A stretch of DNA of 64,000 bases from Xanthobacteraceae bacterium (GCA_035639895.1 DASQXF010000143.1:7842-71841), one strand, 5' to 3'; shown: positions 11,700 through 20,840, numbered from the stretch's first letter. A program made the numbers and translations. The notes: generated by a model not told the origin, from the sequence alone.

Positions 11700-11826
11700 C
11701 CCGCTTATGGCATCTGGCGCGGGAACCTTTCCCGCATTAGATTCGGCGCATCGGACGCCAGCCGCCTTTCCCGGTGGGCGCCATGTGATCCGGCCTCCGG
11801 AGCCGGAATAGAGAGAGGACTCTTCC
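11700..11826 (+). promoter_or_regulatory. structured 5' leader of the ybhL-like gene (candidate ybhL-leader RNA motif)
   Basis: Hairpins at 11719-11735 (GCGGGAA-CCT-TTCCCGC) and 11789-11807 (TCCGGC...GCCGGA, loop containing CCTCC) lie just upstream of the SD AGAGAGGA. A ybhL leader motif is described upstream of this gene family in alphaproteobacteria. I cannot align to its consensus from memory. Confidence 0.3.
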
Positions 11827-12591
11827 ATGTCGGATTTCGACCGGAACTACGCGGCTGCCAGACGCAGCGTCGGTGCGGACCGGGCAGTTGCGATCGATCA
11901 GGGCCTGCGGGCCTACATGATCCGCGTCTACAACTACATGGCAATGGGCGTCGCGCTCACCGGCCTCGCCTCGTGGCTTACCTTTCAGGCCGCGGTGGTC
12001 ACCGATGCCAACGGCGCGATCGTCGGACTGACCTCGTTCGGCCAGATGGTCTTCAGCGGGCCGGCGGTCTTGGTTCTGTTTCTCGGCACGCTGGGGCTGG
12101 TCTTTCTCATCAGCTGGCGCATCGACCGGCTGGAGCCTTCGACCGCGCTCGCTCTGTTCATGCTCTATGCGGCACTGCTCGGGCTGATGCTGTCGTCGAT
12201 CTTCCTGGCCTACACCCTCACGTCGATTACGCGGGTGTTCTTCATCTCGGCGGCCGCATTCGGTGCGCTGAGTCTGTATGGCTACACCACACAGCGTGAT
12301 CTCTCGCCGATCGGCTCCTTCCTGTTCATGGGTCTGATCGGGCTGATCATCGCCATGCTCGTCAATCTGTTCCTCAAGAGCAGCGGGCTCGACTTCGTAA
12401 TCTCCGCGGCGGGGGTGCTGATCTTTGCGGGCCTGACCGCCTGGGACACCCAGCGCATCAAAGAGATGTATGACCCGATGGAGGACGGCACCGTCGTCGG
12501 CCGCAAGGCTGTGATGGGCGCGCTCTCGCTCTACCTCGACTTCATCAACCTGTTCTTGTTCCTGTTGCGCTTCCTCGGCGACCGTCGCTGA
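11827..12591 (+). CDS. BAX inhibitor-1/YccA-family membrane protein (YbhL-like)
   Basis: 254 aa with 7 predicted TM helices. Family-typical ...AWDTQRIKE... and a C-terminal LYLDFINLFLFLLRFLG motif. Confidence 0.9.
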   Translation: MSDFDRNYAAARRSVGADRAVAIDQGLRAYMIRVYNYMAMGVALTGLASWLTFQAAVVTDANGAIVGLTSFGQMVFSGPAVLVLFLGTLGLVFLISWRIDRLEPSTALALFMLYAALLGLMLSSIFLAYTLTSITRVFFISAAAFGALSLYGYTTQRDLSPIGSFLFMGLIGLIIAMLVNLFLKSSGLDFVISAAGVLIFAGLTAWDTQRIKEMYDPMEDGTVVGRKAVMGALSLYLDFINLFLFLLRFLGDRR

Positions 12592-12616
12592 GCGAGCGTA
12601 ACGGCGATTGAGTAAC

Positions 12617-12655
12617 GCGGCGCCCCGACGAGAAGCCGGGGCGCCGTCGCGTTTA
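12617..12655 (+). terminator. intrinsic terminator after the ybhL-like gene
   Basis: A 10-bp GC stem (12618-12627 pairs with 12637-12646; CGGCGCCCCG/CGGGGCGCCG) with a 9-nt loop, followed by a weak T tract (GTTT at 12651-12654). Confidence 0.55.
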
Positions 12656-12723
12656 CACGGCGGGCCGGACAGCGCGTGACCAAGCAGCTATTATTGCCGT
12701 CTGCGCCGTTCGCCCACTCGTTG

Positions 12724-13269
12724 ATGACCGCCATCCCCATCCGCCTCGCCCAACCGCGCGACCTCGCAGCGATTACCCGCATCTACGATCATGCGGTCCG
12801 ACACGGCACTGCGTCGTTCGAGATCGAGCCGCCCAGCGAGCGCGAAATGGCGCGCCGGTATGAGGAGTTGCGGGCCGGCGGCTATCCCTATCTCGTGGCG
12901 GAGCTCGGCGGCGAGATCATGGGTTACGCCTATGCCGGCCCCTACCACAGGCGTCCAGCTTATCGCTGGAGCGTGGAGGATTCGATCTATGTCGCGCCGA
13001 CGACCCAGCGCCGTGGAATAGGCCGCGCGTTGCTCGAACGGCTGATCGCCGAGGCAGAAATGGGCGGGTTCCGGCAAATGATCGCGGTGATCGGGGATTC
13101 CGCCAATCTCGCCTCCATAGAGCTGCACCGCGCCGCCGGCTTCCGCATGGTCGGCAAATTCGCCAATGTGGGCTTCAAGTTCGGCCGGTGGCTCGACAGC
13201 GTATTGATGCAGCGTCCGCTGGGGACCGGCGCGACGGAGCCGCCCGCCGTCAGGACGCCACGAGGCTGA
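12724..13269 (+). CDS. GNAT N-acetyltransferase, phosphinothricin/methionine-sulfoximine acetyltransferase (PAT) family
   Basis: ORF 12676..13269. Likely start MTAIPIRLAQPRDLAAITRIYDHAV (ATG 12724). Family-typical ...ASFEIEPPS...YPYLVAE...QRRGIGRALLERLI... Confidence 0.85.
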   Translation: MTAIPIRLAQPRDLAAITRIYDHAVRHGTASFEIEPPSEREMARRYEELRAGGYPYLVAELGGEIMGYAYAGPYHRRPAYRWSVEDSIYVAPTTQRRGIGRALLERLIAEAEMGGFRQMIAVIGDSANLASIELHRAAGFRMVGKFANVGFKFGRWLDSVLMQRPLGTGATEPPAVRTPRG

Positions 13270-13618
13270 CCGATCGATCGATGGCTCGTAGCACGGGATC
13301 GAGCTCGTGGCCCCGACGCACGATCAGGCCGGTCGCCGAGATCACACTATATGCGCCCTGCCGGCGCGCGAGCTTTGGCCTTTTCTCGATACGGTAGACC
13401 GGAACTTCCGCAGCGCGGCGGAACACGGAAAACACCGCCCGGTCCTTGAGAAAGTCGATGGCGTAGTCGCGCCATTCGCCGGCTGCAACTTTGCGACCAT
13501 ACAGGCCGAAAATGCGGTTGAGTTCGCGCCGGTCGAAAGTCACCCGGTTTGCGGGGGCGAGGGACAGGGCAGCCTCGCCCCCATGGAACTCGCTCGGCTC
13601 AATATCGCCGTAGCTCAT
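13250..13618 (-). CDS. DUF2794 domain-containing protein
   Basis: ORF 13250..13669 trimmed to MSYGDIEP (ATG at 13616-13618, AAGGAGG SD upstream). Conserved ...FDRRELNRIFGLYGRKVAAGEWRDYAIDFLKDRAVFSVFRR... Confidence 0.85.
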   Translation of the reverse strand: MSYGDIEPSEFHGGEAALSLAPANRVTFDRRELNRIFGLYGRKVAAGEWRDYAIDFLKDRAVFSVFRRAAEVPVYRIEKRPKLARRQGAYSVISATGLIVRRGHELDPVLRAIDRSVSLVAS

Positions 13619-13767
13619 CCAGCGCCTCCTTGCGAAAAATCGGAACAACAATGATCGCGCCGGATGCAAGTATCGGCAAGAGGGAATGAATGCTGCGCGC
13701 GGTCACGCGACCGCGACATCACGACGAGCGATCATCACAGATTCGTTAGCGGAATCATAATGCTGCC

Positions 13768-13967
13768 CAATTGCGGCCAAGCACGCGCCAAGCGGGGATG
13801 GCAAGGAGAGATTGTTGCCTCAGGGCCCGGTCTTGCTGTCGAGCGCCGGATTCTTCAGCCCCCAGCCCCCCGGAGTTCAGGTTGGATCGGGCCCGCTCAG
13901 TGCAGTCATGAGTTAAGCGTACGGTTCAATCCCAGTTACTTCAGGCCGGCCCTCGCCGGCCGTTTTT
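13768..13967 (+). ncRNA. candidate small RNA ending at an orphan intrinsic terminator (family unknown)
   Basis: A canonical plus-strand terminator lies at 13944-13967 with no plus-strand CDS upstream. There is a 10-bp long-range stem (13823-13832 with 13885-13894) and a C-rich segment at 13856-13873. A weak promoter ATCACA-N16-CATAAT sits at 13734-13761. The 5' end is a guess. Confidence 0.3.
13944..13967 (+). terminator. canonical Rho-independent terminator, plus-strand specific, orphan
   Basis: GGCCGGC-CCTC-GCCGGCC (a 7-bp all-GC stem with a tetraloop), then G and TTTTT (13963-13967). On the minus strand the hairpin is followed by TGAAGTAAC, with no U tract. Confidence 0.75.
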
Positions 13968-14029
13968 GTCGAACGACACGCGGGCCGCAGCGAAGCGCCG
14001 AGACGTCCTTCCGTCACATGTTGCGCAGG

Positions 14030-14758
14030 TTAATGGATCGCGGCGAGCGTGGCGCCGAGGATCGCCTTGGGCTTTTCCGTCGTACCGCTCTGCACCATGA
14101 CGGCGGCTTCGTCGACGCCCTTGAGCGTCTGCACTGGGATGCTCCACGAATTGGCCTTGCCGTTCCATTCGCCGAGCTTGATCCAGCGCCGCACCACGTT
14201 GTGATAGGTAATCGTGCGGCCTTTATTCTCGCCACGTCCAATCGTAATGGTGGCAGCCTTGAGCACGCCCAGCAGCCAGACTTCCGCGCCCGCCGGGGCA
14301 TCGGCCAGATCGGGGACAGTGACTTTGAGTCGCCCCTCCTCGAGGCTAAGCGTCGGCCGCAACGACATCGCTCCGCTCTTCCGGGTCGCCGCGATCGCGA
14401 GCTCGATCGCTGCCTTGTCGCTGCCGAGCGCATGCAGGGCACCGTTCACCACGACCTGCGGCGTGTAGACCTGACCGTCGCCGCGCGCATGCGCGTAGGC
14501 CTTCTGGCGGGCGGTGTTGCGGGGATCGGCAAGCGTGTCTCTCCAGCCGAGATAGTCCCAGTAGTCGACGGGCACGCTGACCGAAACGAGAGAAGGATCG
14601 GCCGCCAGCTCGCCGAGCAGCTTATCGGCAGGCGGACAAGACGAGCATCCTTGACTCGTGAACAACTCAATGACCGCGCGCGGCTCGGCCTGGACGGAGG
14701 AATGCGGCACGGAGGAACAAATGACGACCGCCGCATAGGTCAAGCAACAACGTATCAT
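14030..14758 (-). CDS. DUF1223 thioredoxin-like secreted protein
   Basis: ORF 14030..14809 trimmed to MIRCCLTYAAVV (ATG at 14756-14758, GGAAGGA SD). ELFTSQGCSSCPPAD CxxC block typical of DUF1223. Confidence 0.85.
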   Translation of the reverse strand: MIRCCLTYAAVVICSSVPHSSVQAEPRAVIELFTSQGCSSCPPADKLLGELAADPSLVSVSVPVDYWDYLGWRDTLADPRNTARQKAYAHARGDGQVYTPQVVVNGALHALGSDKAAIELAIAATRKSGAMSLRPTLSLEEGRLKVTVPDLADAPAGAEVWLLGVLKAATITIGRGENKGRTITYHNVVRRWIKLGEWNGKANSWSIPVQTLKGVDEAAVMVQSGTTEKPKAILGATLAAIH

Positions 14759-14859
14759 CACGATCCTTCCCCGCCCGCGTAGGCGCGTTCCCCTCCGCCG
14801 CGCAGTCATAGGGCAGTCGCGCGATCACCTGCCACTCAATTCGAGGTGAGCCAAGCGGT

Positions 14860-17640
14860 CTAGGCCGCTACTAGGTGCCGGAGCACGTAATGCAGAATGC
14901 CGCCGTGCTTGAAATAATCCAGCTCGTCCAGGGTGTCGATGCGGCACACGAGCGGGACGCGCTTGAGCCCGCCATCGGCGGCCACGATCTCGGCGATCAT
15001 GCGCTGGCGCGGCTTGATCTCGCCATGCAGCCCGCGGATTGTCACCTGCTCATTGCCCTTGAGTCCGAGCGACTGCCAGGACGTGCCTTCCTCGAAGCAG
15101 AGCGGTAGCACGCCCATGCCGATGAGGTTGGAGCGATGGATGCGCTCGAACGATTGAGTAATCACAGCGCGGACCCCGAGCAGACTTGGTCCCTTGGCCG
15201 CCCAATCGCGCGAGGATCCGCTGCCATACTCCTTGCCGGCGAAAACGACGAGCGGAACCTTGTCGTTCTTGTAGCGCATAGCAGCATCGTAGATCGACAT
15301 GCGCTGGCGCGATGGGTAATGCACGGTCACGCCACCCTCGACCCCCGGCACCATCTGGTTCTTGAGACGGATGTTGGCAAAGGTACCGCGCATCATCACT
15401 TCGTGATTGCCGCGGCGCGTGCCGTACTGATTGAAGTCGGCAGGCTTCACTTTGCGCTCGAGCAGGTACTTGCCAGCTGGGGAATCGATTTTGATCGAAC
15501 CAGCCGGCGAGATGTGATCGGTGGTGATGGAATCGAGCAAAAGGCATAGCACCCGCGCATCGACGATGTCGGTCAGCGGTGCCGGATGCCGCCCCATGCC
15601 GACGAAATAGGGCGGGTTCTGCACGTAAGTGGACTTTTTATCCCAATTGTAAGTCAACCCTCCCTTCACGTTGATGCCACGCCAGTTGGAATCGCCCTTG
15701 AAGACGTCGGCGTATTTCTTGGTGAACATCTGCTTGCTCAGCGTCTTGCGAATGACGCCGTTGATCTCGCGACTGGATGGCCAGATGTCCCTGAGGAAGA
15801 CTTTCTTGCCCTTCTTGTCCATCCCGAGGGGCTGCTTCACGAGATCGGAATACATCGACCCCGCGAGCGCATAGGCGACGACCAGCGGCGGCGAGGCGAG
15901 ATAGTTGGCACGCACGTCGGGATTGACGCGACCTTCGAAGTTGCGGTTGCCGGACAGCACGGCGGCGGCGACCAGATCCTTATCGTTGATCACCTTGGAA
16001 ATTTCGGGTGCGAGCGGACCGGAATTGCCAATGCAGGTGGTGCAGCCGAACCCGACGAGATTGTAGCCAAGCTTGTCGAGGTCCTTCTGCAGCCCGGACT
16101 TTTCGAGGTAGTCGGCGACGACCTGAGAACCAGGAGCGAGTGAGGTCTTCACCCACGGCTTGACCGTCAAGCCTTTCGTCACGGCCTTGCGCGCGAGCAG
16201 CCCCGCTCCGACCATCACGCTCGGGTTCGATGTGTTGGTGCAGGAGGTGATGGCGGCAATGACCACGTCGCCATGGCCAAGATCGTGCGGGTGGCCTTGG
16301 ACCGGCACCCGCTTCGGCGGACCGGCCTTGGAGAAATTCTTGTCGAGGGACGTGGCGAGCGAGGGATGCAGGTCGAAGATCTCTTTGCCTCCGTCGCCGC
16401 CCTTGTTGAACTCTTTCTCCATTGCCAGGGCGAATCCTGCCTTCACGTCCTTGAGCGCTACACGGTCCTGCGGGCGCTTGGGTCCGGCAAGCGAAGATTC
16501 CACCTGCGACAATTCGAGCTTGAGTACGTCGGTGAAAATCGGATCTGGCGTCGACTTGGTGCGAAACATCCCCTGCGCCTTGGTATAGGCCGCGACCAAG
16601 GCGACCTGCGCGGGCGGCCGGCCGGTATCCGCAAGGTATCTCAGCGTGTCGTCATCGACGGGAAAGAAGCCGCAGGTCGCGCCGTATTCCGGCGACATAT
16701 TGCCGATGGTGGCTCGATCCGCGATCGACAGATTGGCGAGCCCCGGACCGAAAAATTCGACAAACTTGCCGACGACGCCACGCTTGCGCAGCATCTGGGT
16801 GACGGTGAGCACAAGATCGGTCGCAGTCACGCCCTCCTTGAGTTTGCCGGTGAGCTTAACGCCGATGACTTCCGGCAACAGCATCGAATAGGGCTGGCCG
16901 AGCATGGCAGCTTCGGCCTCGATGCCGCCGACGCCCCAGCCGAGCACGGCGAGACCATTGACCATCGTGGTGTGCGAATCCGTGCCCACCAATGTATCCG
17001 GATAGGCGACATCCATGACGGCCGGCTTGCCGTCGATTTTGACCTTGTCCTTCTTGCTCCAGACCGTCTGCGACAAATATTCCAGATTGACTTGGTGGCA
17101 GATGCCGGTGCCCGGCGGCACGACGCGGAAGTTGTCGAACGATTTCTGCGACCATTTGAGGAATTCGTAGCGCTCCCGGTTCTGCCGGTATTCCTCTTCG
17201 ACGTTCTTCTTGACCGCATTGCTGCTGCCGAAAAACGTGACCGACACCGAGTGATCGCAGACGAGGTCGACCGGAACGAGCGGATTGATCTTCTTGGGAT
17301 CGCCCCCGAGCATCTTCATGGCGTCGCGCATCGCGGCGAGATCCACCACCGCCGGGACCCCGGTGAAGTCCTGCATCAACACGCGCGCGGGACGAAAGGC
17401 GATCTCGCGTTCTGAGGTCTTGGTTTTGAGCCACTGCGCAACCGCCTGGATGTCTTCCTTGGTAATCGAGCGGCCGTCCTCATTGCGTAACAGATTTTCC
17501 AGCAGGACCTTCATCGAGAACGGAAGCCGCGAGATGCTCTTGAGTCCGTTCTTCTCGGCGGCCGGCAGGCTGTAATAGGCGTAGGTCTTGCTGCCCACCT
17601 TGAGGGGTTTGCAGCAGCGAAAGCTGTCGAGTGAGGTCAT
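14860..17640 (-). CDS. acnA: aconitate hydratase A
   Basis: 926 aa. MTSLDSF...KTYAYYSLPAAE..., Fe-S ligand regions ...DSHTTM..., ...CTNTSNP... and ...GCTTCIGNSG... Confidence 0.97.
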   Translation of the reverse strand: MTSLDSFRCCKPLKVGSKTYAYYSLPAAEKNGLKSISRLPFSMKVLLENLLRNEDGRSITKEDIQAVAQWLKTKTSEREIAFRPARVLMQDFTGVPAVVDLAAMRDAMKMLGGDPKKINPLVPVDLVCDHSVSVTFFGSSNAVKKNVEEEYRQNRERYEFLKWSQKSFDNFRVVPPGTGICHQVNLEYLSQTVWSKKDKVKIDGKPAVMDVAYPDTLVGTDSHTTMVNGLAVLGWGVGGIEAEAAMLGQPYSMLLPEVIGVKLTGKLKEGVTATDLVLTVTQMLRKRGVVGKFVEFFGPGLANLSIADRATIGNMSPEYGATCGFFPVDDDTLRYLADTGRPPAQVALVAAYTKAQGMFRTKSTPDPIFTDVLKLELSQVESSLAGPKRPQDRVALKDVKAGFALAMEKEFNKGGDGGKEIFDLHPSLATSLDKNFSKAGPPKRVPVQGHPHDLGHGDVVIAAITSCTNTSNPSVMVGAGLLARKAVTKGLTVKPWVKTSLAPGSQVVADYLEKSGLQKDLDKLGYNLVGFGCTTCIGNSGPLAPEISKVINDKDLVAAAVLSGNRNFEGRVNPDVRANYLASPPLVVAYALAGSMYSDLVKQPLGMDKKGKKVFLRDIWPSSREINGVIRKTLSKQMFTKKYADVFKGDSNWRGINVKGGLTYNWDKKSTYVQNPPYFVGMGRHPAPLTDIVDARVLCLLLDSITTDHISPAGSIKIDSPAGKYLLERKVKPADFNQYGTRRGNHEVMMRGTFANIRLKNQMVPGVEGGVTVHYPSRQRMSIYDAAMRYKNDKVPLVVFAGKEYGSGSSRDWAAKGPSLLGVRAVITQSFERIHRSNLIGMGVLPLCFEEGTSWQSLGLKGNEQVTIRGLHGEIKPRQRMIAEIVAADGGLKRVPLVCRIDTLDELDYFKHGGILHYVLRHLVAA

Positions 17641-17940
17641 CGTGGTCGGGTCCCATCCAACCGGGAGAGGAGCGGCTCGAACGGTAGGGTCCTACCGTAA
17701 GCGCTTCCCCGTCACCGGCCGCGAGTCCAGCGCGGGTTGATAAGGGGCGCGGGACGATGGCTTATAGGGTCTTTTTTTGTGCCGTTCCAGAAAATCAACG
17801 CTCGCCAACGACATGGGCATAGAATCAGGGTTTTTTCCGCGTCCGCTCCCGGCAAGAGACGCAGCCGATGGAACGAGAACCCCGCGGGACTTCCGGGAAA
17901 GCCTATGTCCTTACGGATGCGCGCTGGGGGCCCGCAAGTG

Positions 17941-18564
17941 ATGCGGCTCGTGGGCTCCGATCTCGCCTGCGTTAGAGGGGGCCGGGAGGTCTTTCGCGGG
18001 ATCGCGTTTACGGTCGGCGCGGGCGAAGCGCTGCTGGTGACGGGCCCGAACGGCGCCGGCAAATCCTCCCTATTGCGGTTGGTCGCTGGCCTGCTGCGGC
18101 CCCACCAGGGCCGGATCGAGCTCGAGGGCTGCGATTTGGAACTGACTATCGGCGAGCAAGCGCACTATCTCGGACATCAGGACGCACTGAAGCCCTCGCT
18201 GTCGGTGCGGGAGAATCTCGGCTTCTGGGCGGCGCTTTTGGGCGCTGACGCGCAAAAGGGCGACATTGCCCTTACCGCTGTCGGCCTTCACCGGCTCGCG
18301 CACGTGCCCGCGATCTATCTGTCCGCCGGACAACGGCGCCGCCTTGCGCTTGCGCGCCTGATCGCCATCGAGCGGCCAATCTGGCTACTCGATGAGCCGA
18401 CGTCTGCGCTCGACAGCGAAGCGCAAGCGATGCTGATCGAGCTCATGCAGGTCCATCTCGCCGGCCGCGGACTCGTTCTCGCGGCCAGCCACGGCCCGAT
18501 CGGATTGGATGGGGCGCAGGAACTGCGCCTGGGACAGCAGTCGGATCGGTGGACCGAGCTATGA
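17941..18564 (+). CDS. ccmA: heme exporter ATP-binding protein CcmA
   Basis: Part of ORF 17737..18564. MRLVGSDLACVRGGREVFRGIAF aligns with how CycV/CcmA proteins start, and ATG 17905 is an alternative start. Walker A GPNGAGKSS. LSAGQRRR signature. Confidence 0.9.
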   Translation: MRLVGSDLACVRGGREVFRGIAFTVGAGEALLVTGPNGAGKSSLLRLVAGLLRPHQGRIELEGCDLELTIGEQAHYLGHQDALKPSLSVRENLGFWAALLGADAQKGDIALTAVGLHRLAHVPAIYLSAGQRRRLALARLIAIERPIWLLDEPTSALDSEAQAMLIELMQVHLAGRGLVLAASHGPIGLDGAQELRLGQQSDRWTEL

Positions 18565-19232
18565 CGACGGCCCTCTGCGCGCTTCTCGTGCGCGACCTGC
18601 GGCTCGCCGTGCGGGTGGGCGGCGGCGCATTGATCGGCGTTCTGTTCTTCCTGATCGTCGTGACGCTGGTGCCATTCGCCATCGGCCCCGACCTTGCCTT
18701 GCTCGCGCGAATTGGTCCCGCGATCCTCTGGCTCGGGGCGCTGCTCGCGAGCCTACTCGCGCTGGACCGCCTGCTTGCGATCGATCAGGAGGATGGCTCG
18801 CTCGACTTGATCCTGACAGCGCGGATCCCCCTCGAACTCGCGGTTTCCGCCAAAGCACTCGCGCACTGGCTCACCACGGGCCTCCCGCTCGTCATCGCCG
18901 CGCCGTTGCTCGGTCTCCTTCTCAACCTCGATCCGAAGGCAACCGGGGCGGTCGCGGTCACCTTGCTCGCAGGGACGCCGGCGCTGACCTTTATCGGCCT
19001 GATCGGGGCGGCTCTCACGGTTGCGGTGCGGCGCGGCGGTCTCCTGCTTGCGATTCTCGTCCTGCCGTTGACCGTTCCCGTGTTGATCTTCGGCGTCGCC
19101 GCCTCGAACGCCGCCATCGTCGGGCCGGTCCCGTTCGGGGCGCCGTTTAGTATCCTGTGTGCTCTGACGCTGGTAAGCCTCGTCATCGGCCCGCTCGCCG
19201 CCGCCATCGCGCTGCGGCAAGGACTGGAATAA
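18561..19232 (+). CDS. ccmB: heme exporter membrane protein CcmB
   Basis: ATGA overlap with the ccmA stop (ATG 18561). MTTALCALLVRDLRLAVR..., a polytopic membrane protein. Confidence 0.92.
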   Translation: MTTALCALLVRDLRLAVRVGGGALIGVLFFLIVVTLVPFAIGPDLALLARIGPAILWLGALLASLLALDRLLAIDQEDGSLDLILTARIPLELAVSAKALAHWLTTGLPLVIAAPLLGLLLNLDPKATGAVAVTLLAGTPALTFIGLIGAALTVAVRRGGLLLAILVLPLTVPVLIFGVAASNAAIVGPVPFGAPFSILCALTLVSLVIGPLAAAIALRQGLE

Positions 19233-19318
19233 GCGCAATATTGAACAACATGACGGTGAGCGAAGGACGCGCCGCACTGCCGCCGGCACAGAGCACAACG
19301 GAAAAACGACGCACAGAC

Positions 19319-20056
19319 ATGAGCCTGATCGAGCTTGCCAATCCGTCCCGCTTCGTCGCTCTCATCAACCGCGCGTTGCCTTGGCTTTCGGCGGCGACGG
19401 TGGTGGCGTTTGCAGTTGGCGTCAGCCAGGTCTTCCTCGCGCCCGATGATTATCAGCAGGGCGCGACGGTAAAGATCATGTTCGTTCACGTGCCGGCCGC
19501 ATGGCTCGGCATTTTCGGCTGGGTGCTGATGAGCGTGGCCGCGCTGGGCACGCTGGTCTGGCGCCATCCGCTCGCCGACGTCGCTGCCAAGGCCGCTGCC
19601 CCGATCGGTGCGGCGTTCACGCTGATGTGCCTCGTCACCGGGTCGCTGTGGGGCCGGCCGATGTGGGGAACCTACTGGGTCTGGGACGCACGGCTAACCT
19701 CGGTGCTGGTCCTGTTTCTGATGTATCTCGGCATCCTCGCATTATGGCGCACCATCGACGACCCGACCCAGGCGGCGCGGGCGGCCGCGGTACTGACCCT
19801 CGTGGGCGCGATCAATATCCCGATCATCAAGTTCTCGGTGGATTGGTGGAACACGCTGCACCAGCCTGCCTCTGTGCTGCGCCTTGGCGGACCGACGATT
19901 CATCCTGCGATTCTCGTTCCGCTCATCGTCATGGCCGTTGCATTCACGCTCTTATTTGTGACCTTGCACCTGGCGGCGATGCGCAACGAGATCATGCGGC
20001 GGCGAGTGCGCACCCTGATGATGCTGCAGGCCGGCGTCCGCGCAGGACCATCATGA
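19319..20056 (+). CDS. ccmC: heme exporter protein CcmC
   Basis: Part of ORF 19157..20056 from MSLIELANPSRF (ATG 19319). WGRPMWGTYWVWDARLTS tryptophan-rich (WWD) heme-handling motif. Confidence 0.93.
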   Translation: MSLIELANPSRFVALINRALPWLSAATVVAFAVGVSQVFLAPDDYQQGATVKIMFVHVPAAWLGIFGWVLMSVAALGTLVWRHPLADVAAKAAAPIGAAFTLMCLVTGSLWGRPMWGTYWVWDARLTSVLVLFLMYLGILALWRTIDDPTQAARAAAVLTLVGAINIPIIKFSVDWWNTLHQPASVLRLGGPTIHPAILVPLIVMAVAFTLLFVTLHLAAMRNEIMRRRVRTLMMLQAGVRAGPS

Positions 20057-20235
20057 TGATACAACTCGGTCCGCATGCCGCATTTATCCTGACGGCCTAT
20101 GCCGCCGCGATCGCAATCGTGGCCGGACTGATCGCGTGGATCCTGCTCGACCGCAGACATTTGACCCGCATGATCGACGACTTCGAAGCGCAGGGCATTA
20201 TGCGTCGCTCGCAACGCGGTGACGAGGAGAAGTGA
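20053..20235 (+). CDS. ccmD: heme exporter protein CcmD
   Basis: 60 codons not listed separately, in frame with ORF 19501..20235. ATGA overlap with the ccmC stop. MMIQLGPHAAFILTAYAAAIAIVAGLIAWILLDRRH, a single TM helix resembling B. japonicum CycX. Confidence 0.85.
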   Translation: MMIQLGPHAAFILTAYAAAIAIVAGLIAWILLDRRHLTRMIDDFEAQGIMRRSQRGDEEK

Positions 20236-20840
20236 TGAATTTGATGGAGAGCAGCGTCGTCGAAAAAGATGCGGGCGCGTGGCGACGCCGCATGCTCGTG
20301 CTGCTGCCGCTCGTCGCATTCCTCGCGCTCGCCGCGCTGTTCGTATTGCGGCTCGGCGCCGGCGATCCTTCTCGCATCCCCTCGGCCTTGATCGGACGTC
20401 CGGCCCCGCGGACCGACCTGCCACCGCTTGCCGGCCTCGAGCGCGACGGCCAGGCGGTGCCCGGCCTCAACAGCGCGGAGTTTCAAGGCCACGTTACGGT
20501 GCTCAATGTGTGGGCCTCGTGGTGCGTTCCTTGTCGGGAGGAAGCAGCACTGCTCATGAACGTCGCGGCGGACCCGCGCGTGCGCGTCGTCGGAATGAAT
20601 TACAAGGACCAGCCGGACAATGCGCGGCGCTTTCTCGGCCGGTACGGCAATCCGTTTGCGGCCAACGGAATCGACGGCAATGGCCGCGCCGCCATCGAAT
20701 GGGGAGTGTACGGAGTCCCCGAAACGTTCGTCGTCGGGCGCGACGGCCGCATCGCCTATAAGCTGATCGGACCGATAACGCCCGATAATCTCGAAACCGC
20801 TCTGCAACCCGCCATCGAGAAGGCACTCGCGCATCCATAA
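20235..20840 (+). CDS. ccmG: thiol:disulfide interchange protein CcmG/DsbE (CycY-like)
   Basis: WASWCVPCREE thioredoxin active site, an N-terminal membrane anchor, and the GVYGVPETF motif. The start is GTG 20232 or ATG 20235, overlapping the ccmD stop. Confidence 0.93.
   Translation: MNLMESSVVEKDAGAWRRRMLVLLPLVAFLALAALFVLRLGAGDPSRIPSALIGRPAPRTDLPPLAGLERDGQAVPGLNSAEFQGHVTVLNVWASWCVPCREEAALLMNVAADPRVRVVGMNYKDQPDNARRFLGRYGNPFAANGIDGNGRAAIEWGVYGVPETFVVGRDGRIAYKLIGPITPDNLETALQPAIEKALAHP

Noticed and set aside
13798-13911. A 37-codon Cys-rich ORF (MARRDCCLRARSCCRAPDSS...) inside the candidate sRNA region.
   Set aside because: It has no properly spaced SD and low third-position GC, atypical for this genome. 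It is more likely non-coding.
13921-13935. A GGTTCAATCCC T-loop-like string, considered as a tRNA or a two-piece tmRNA.
   Set aside because: The flanking bases do not form a T stem. There is no acceptor stem or CCA, and no ANDN-type tag reading frame anywhere in 13620-13970.
13664-14782. A 372-aa plus-strand ORF spanning the DUF2794/DUF1223 spacer and the DUF1223 gene.
   Set aside because: Most of it is antisense to the DUF1223 gene. It runs straight through a canonical terminator, and its N-terminal part has poor third-position GC.
17740-17780. A T7 run (17772-17778) in the acnA/ccmA divergent spacer, considered as another orphan terminator.
   Set aside because: The only preceding pairing is a 5-bp AT-rich stem with a 16-nt loop that ends 6 nt before the T run. 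It is not a credible terminator.
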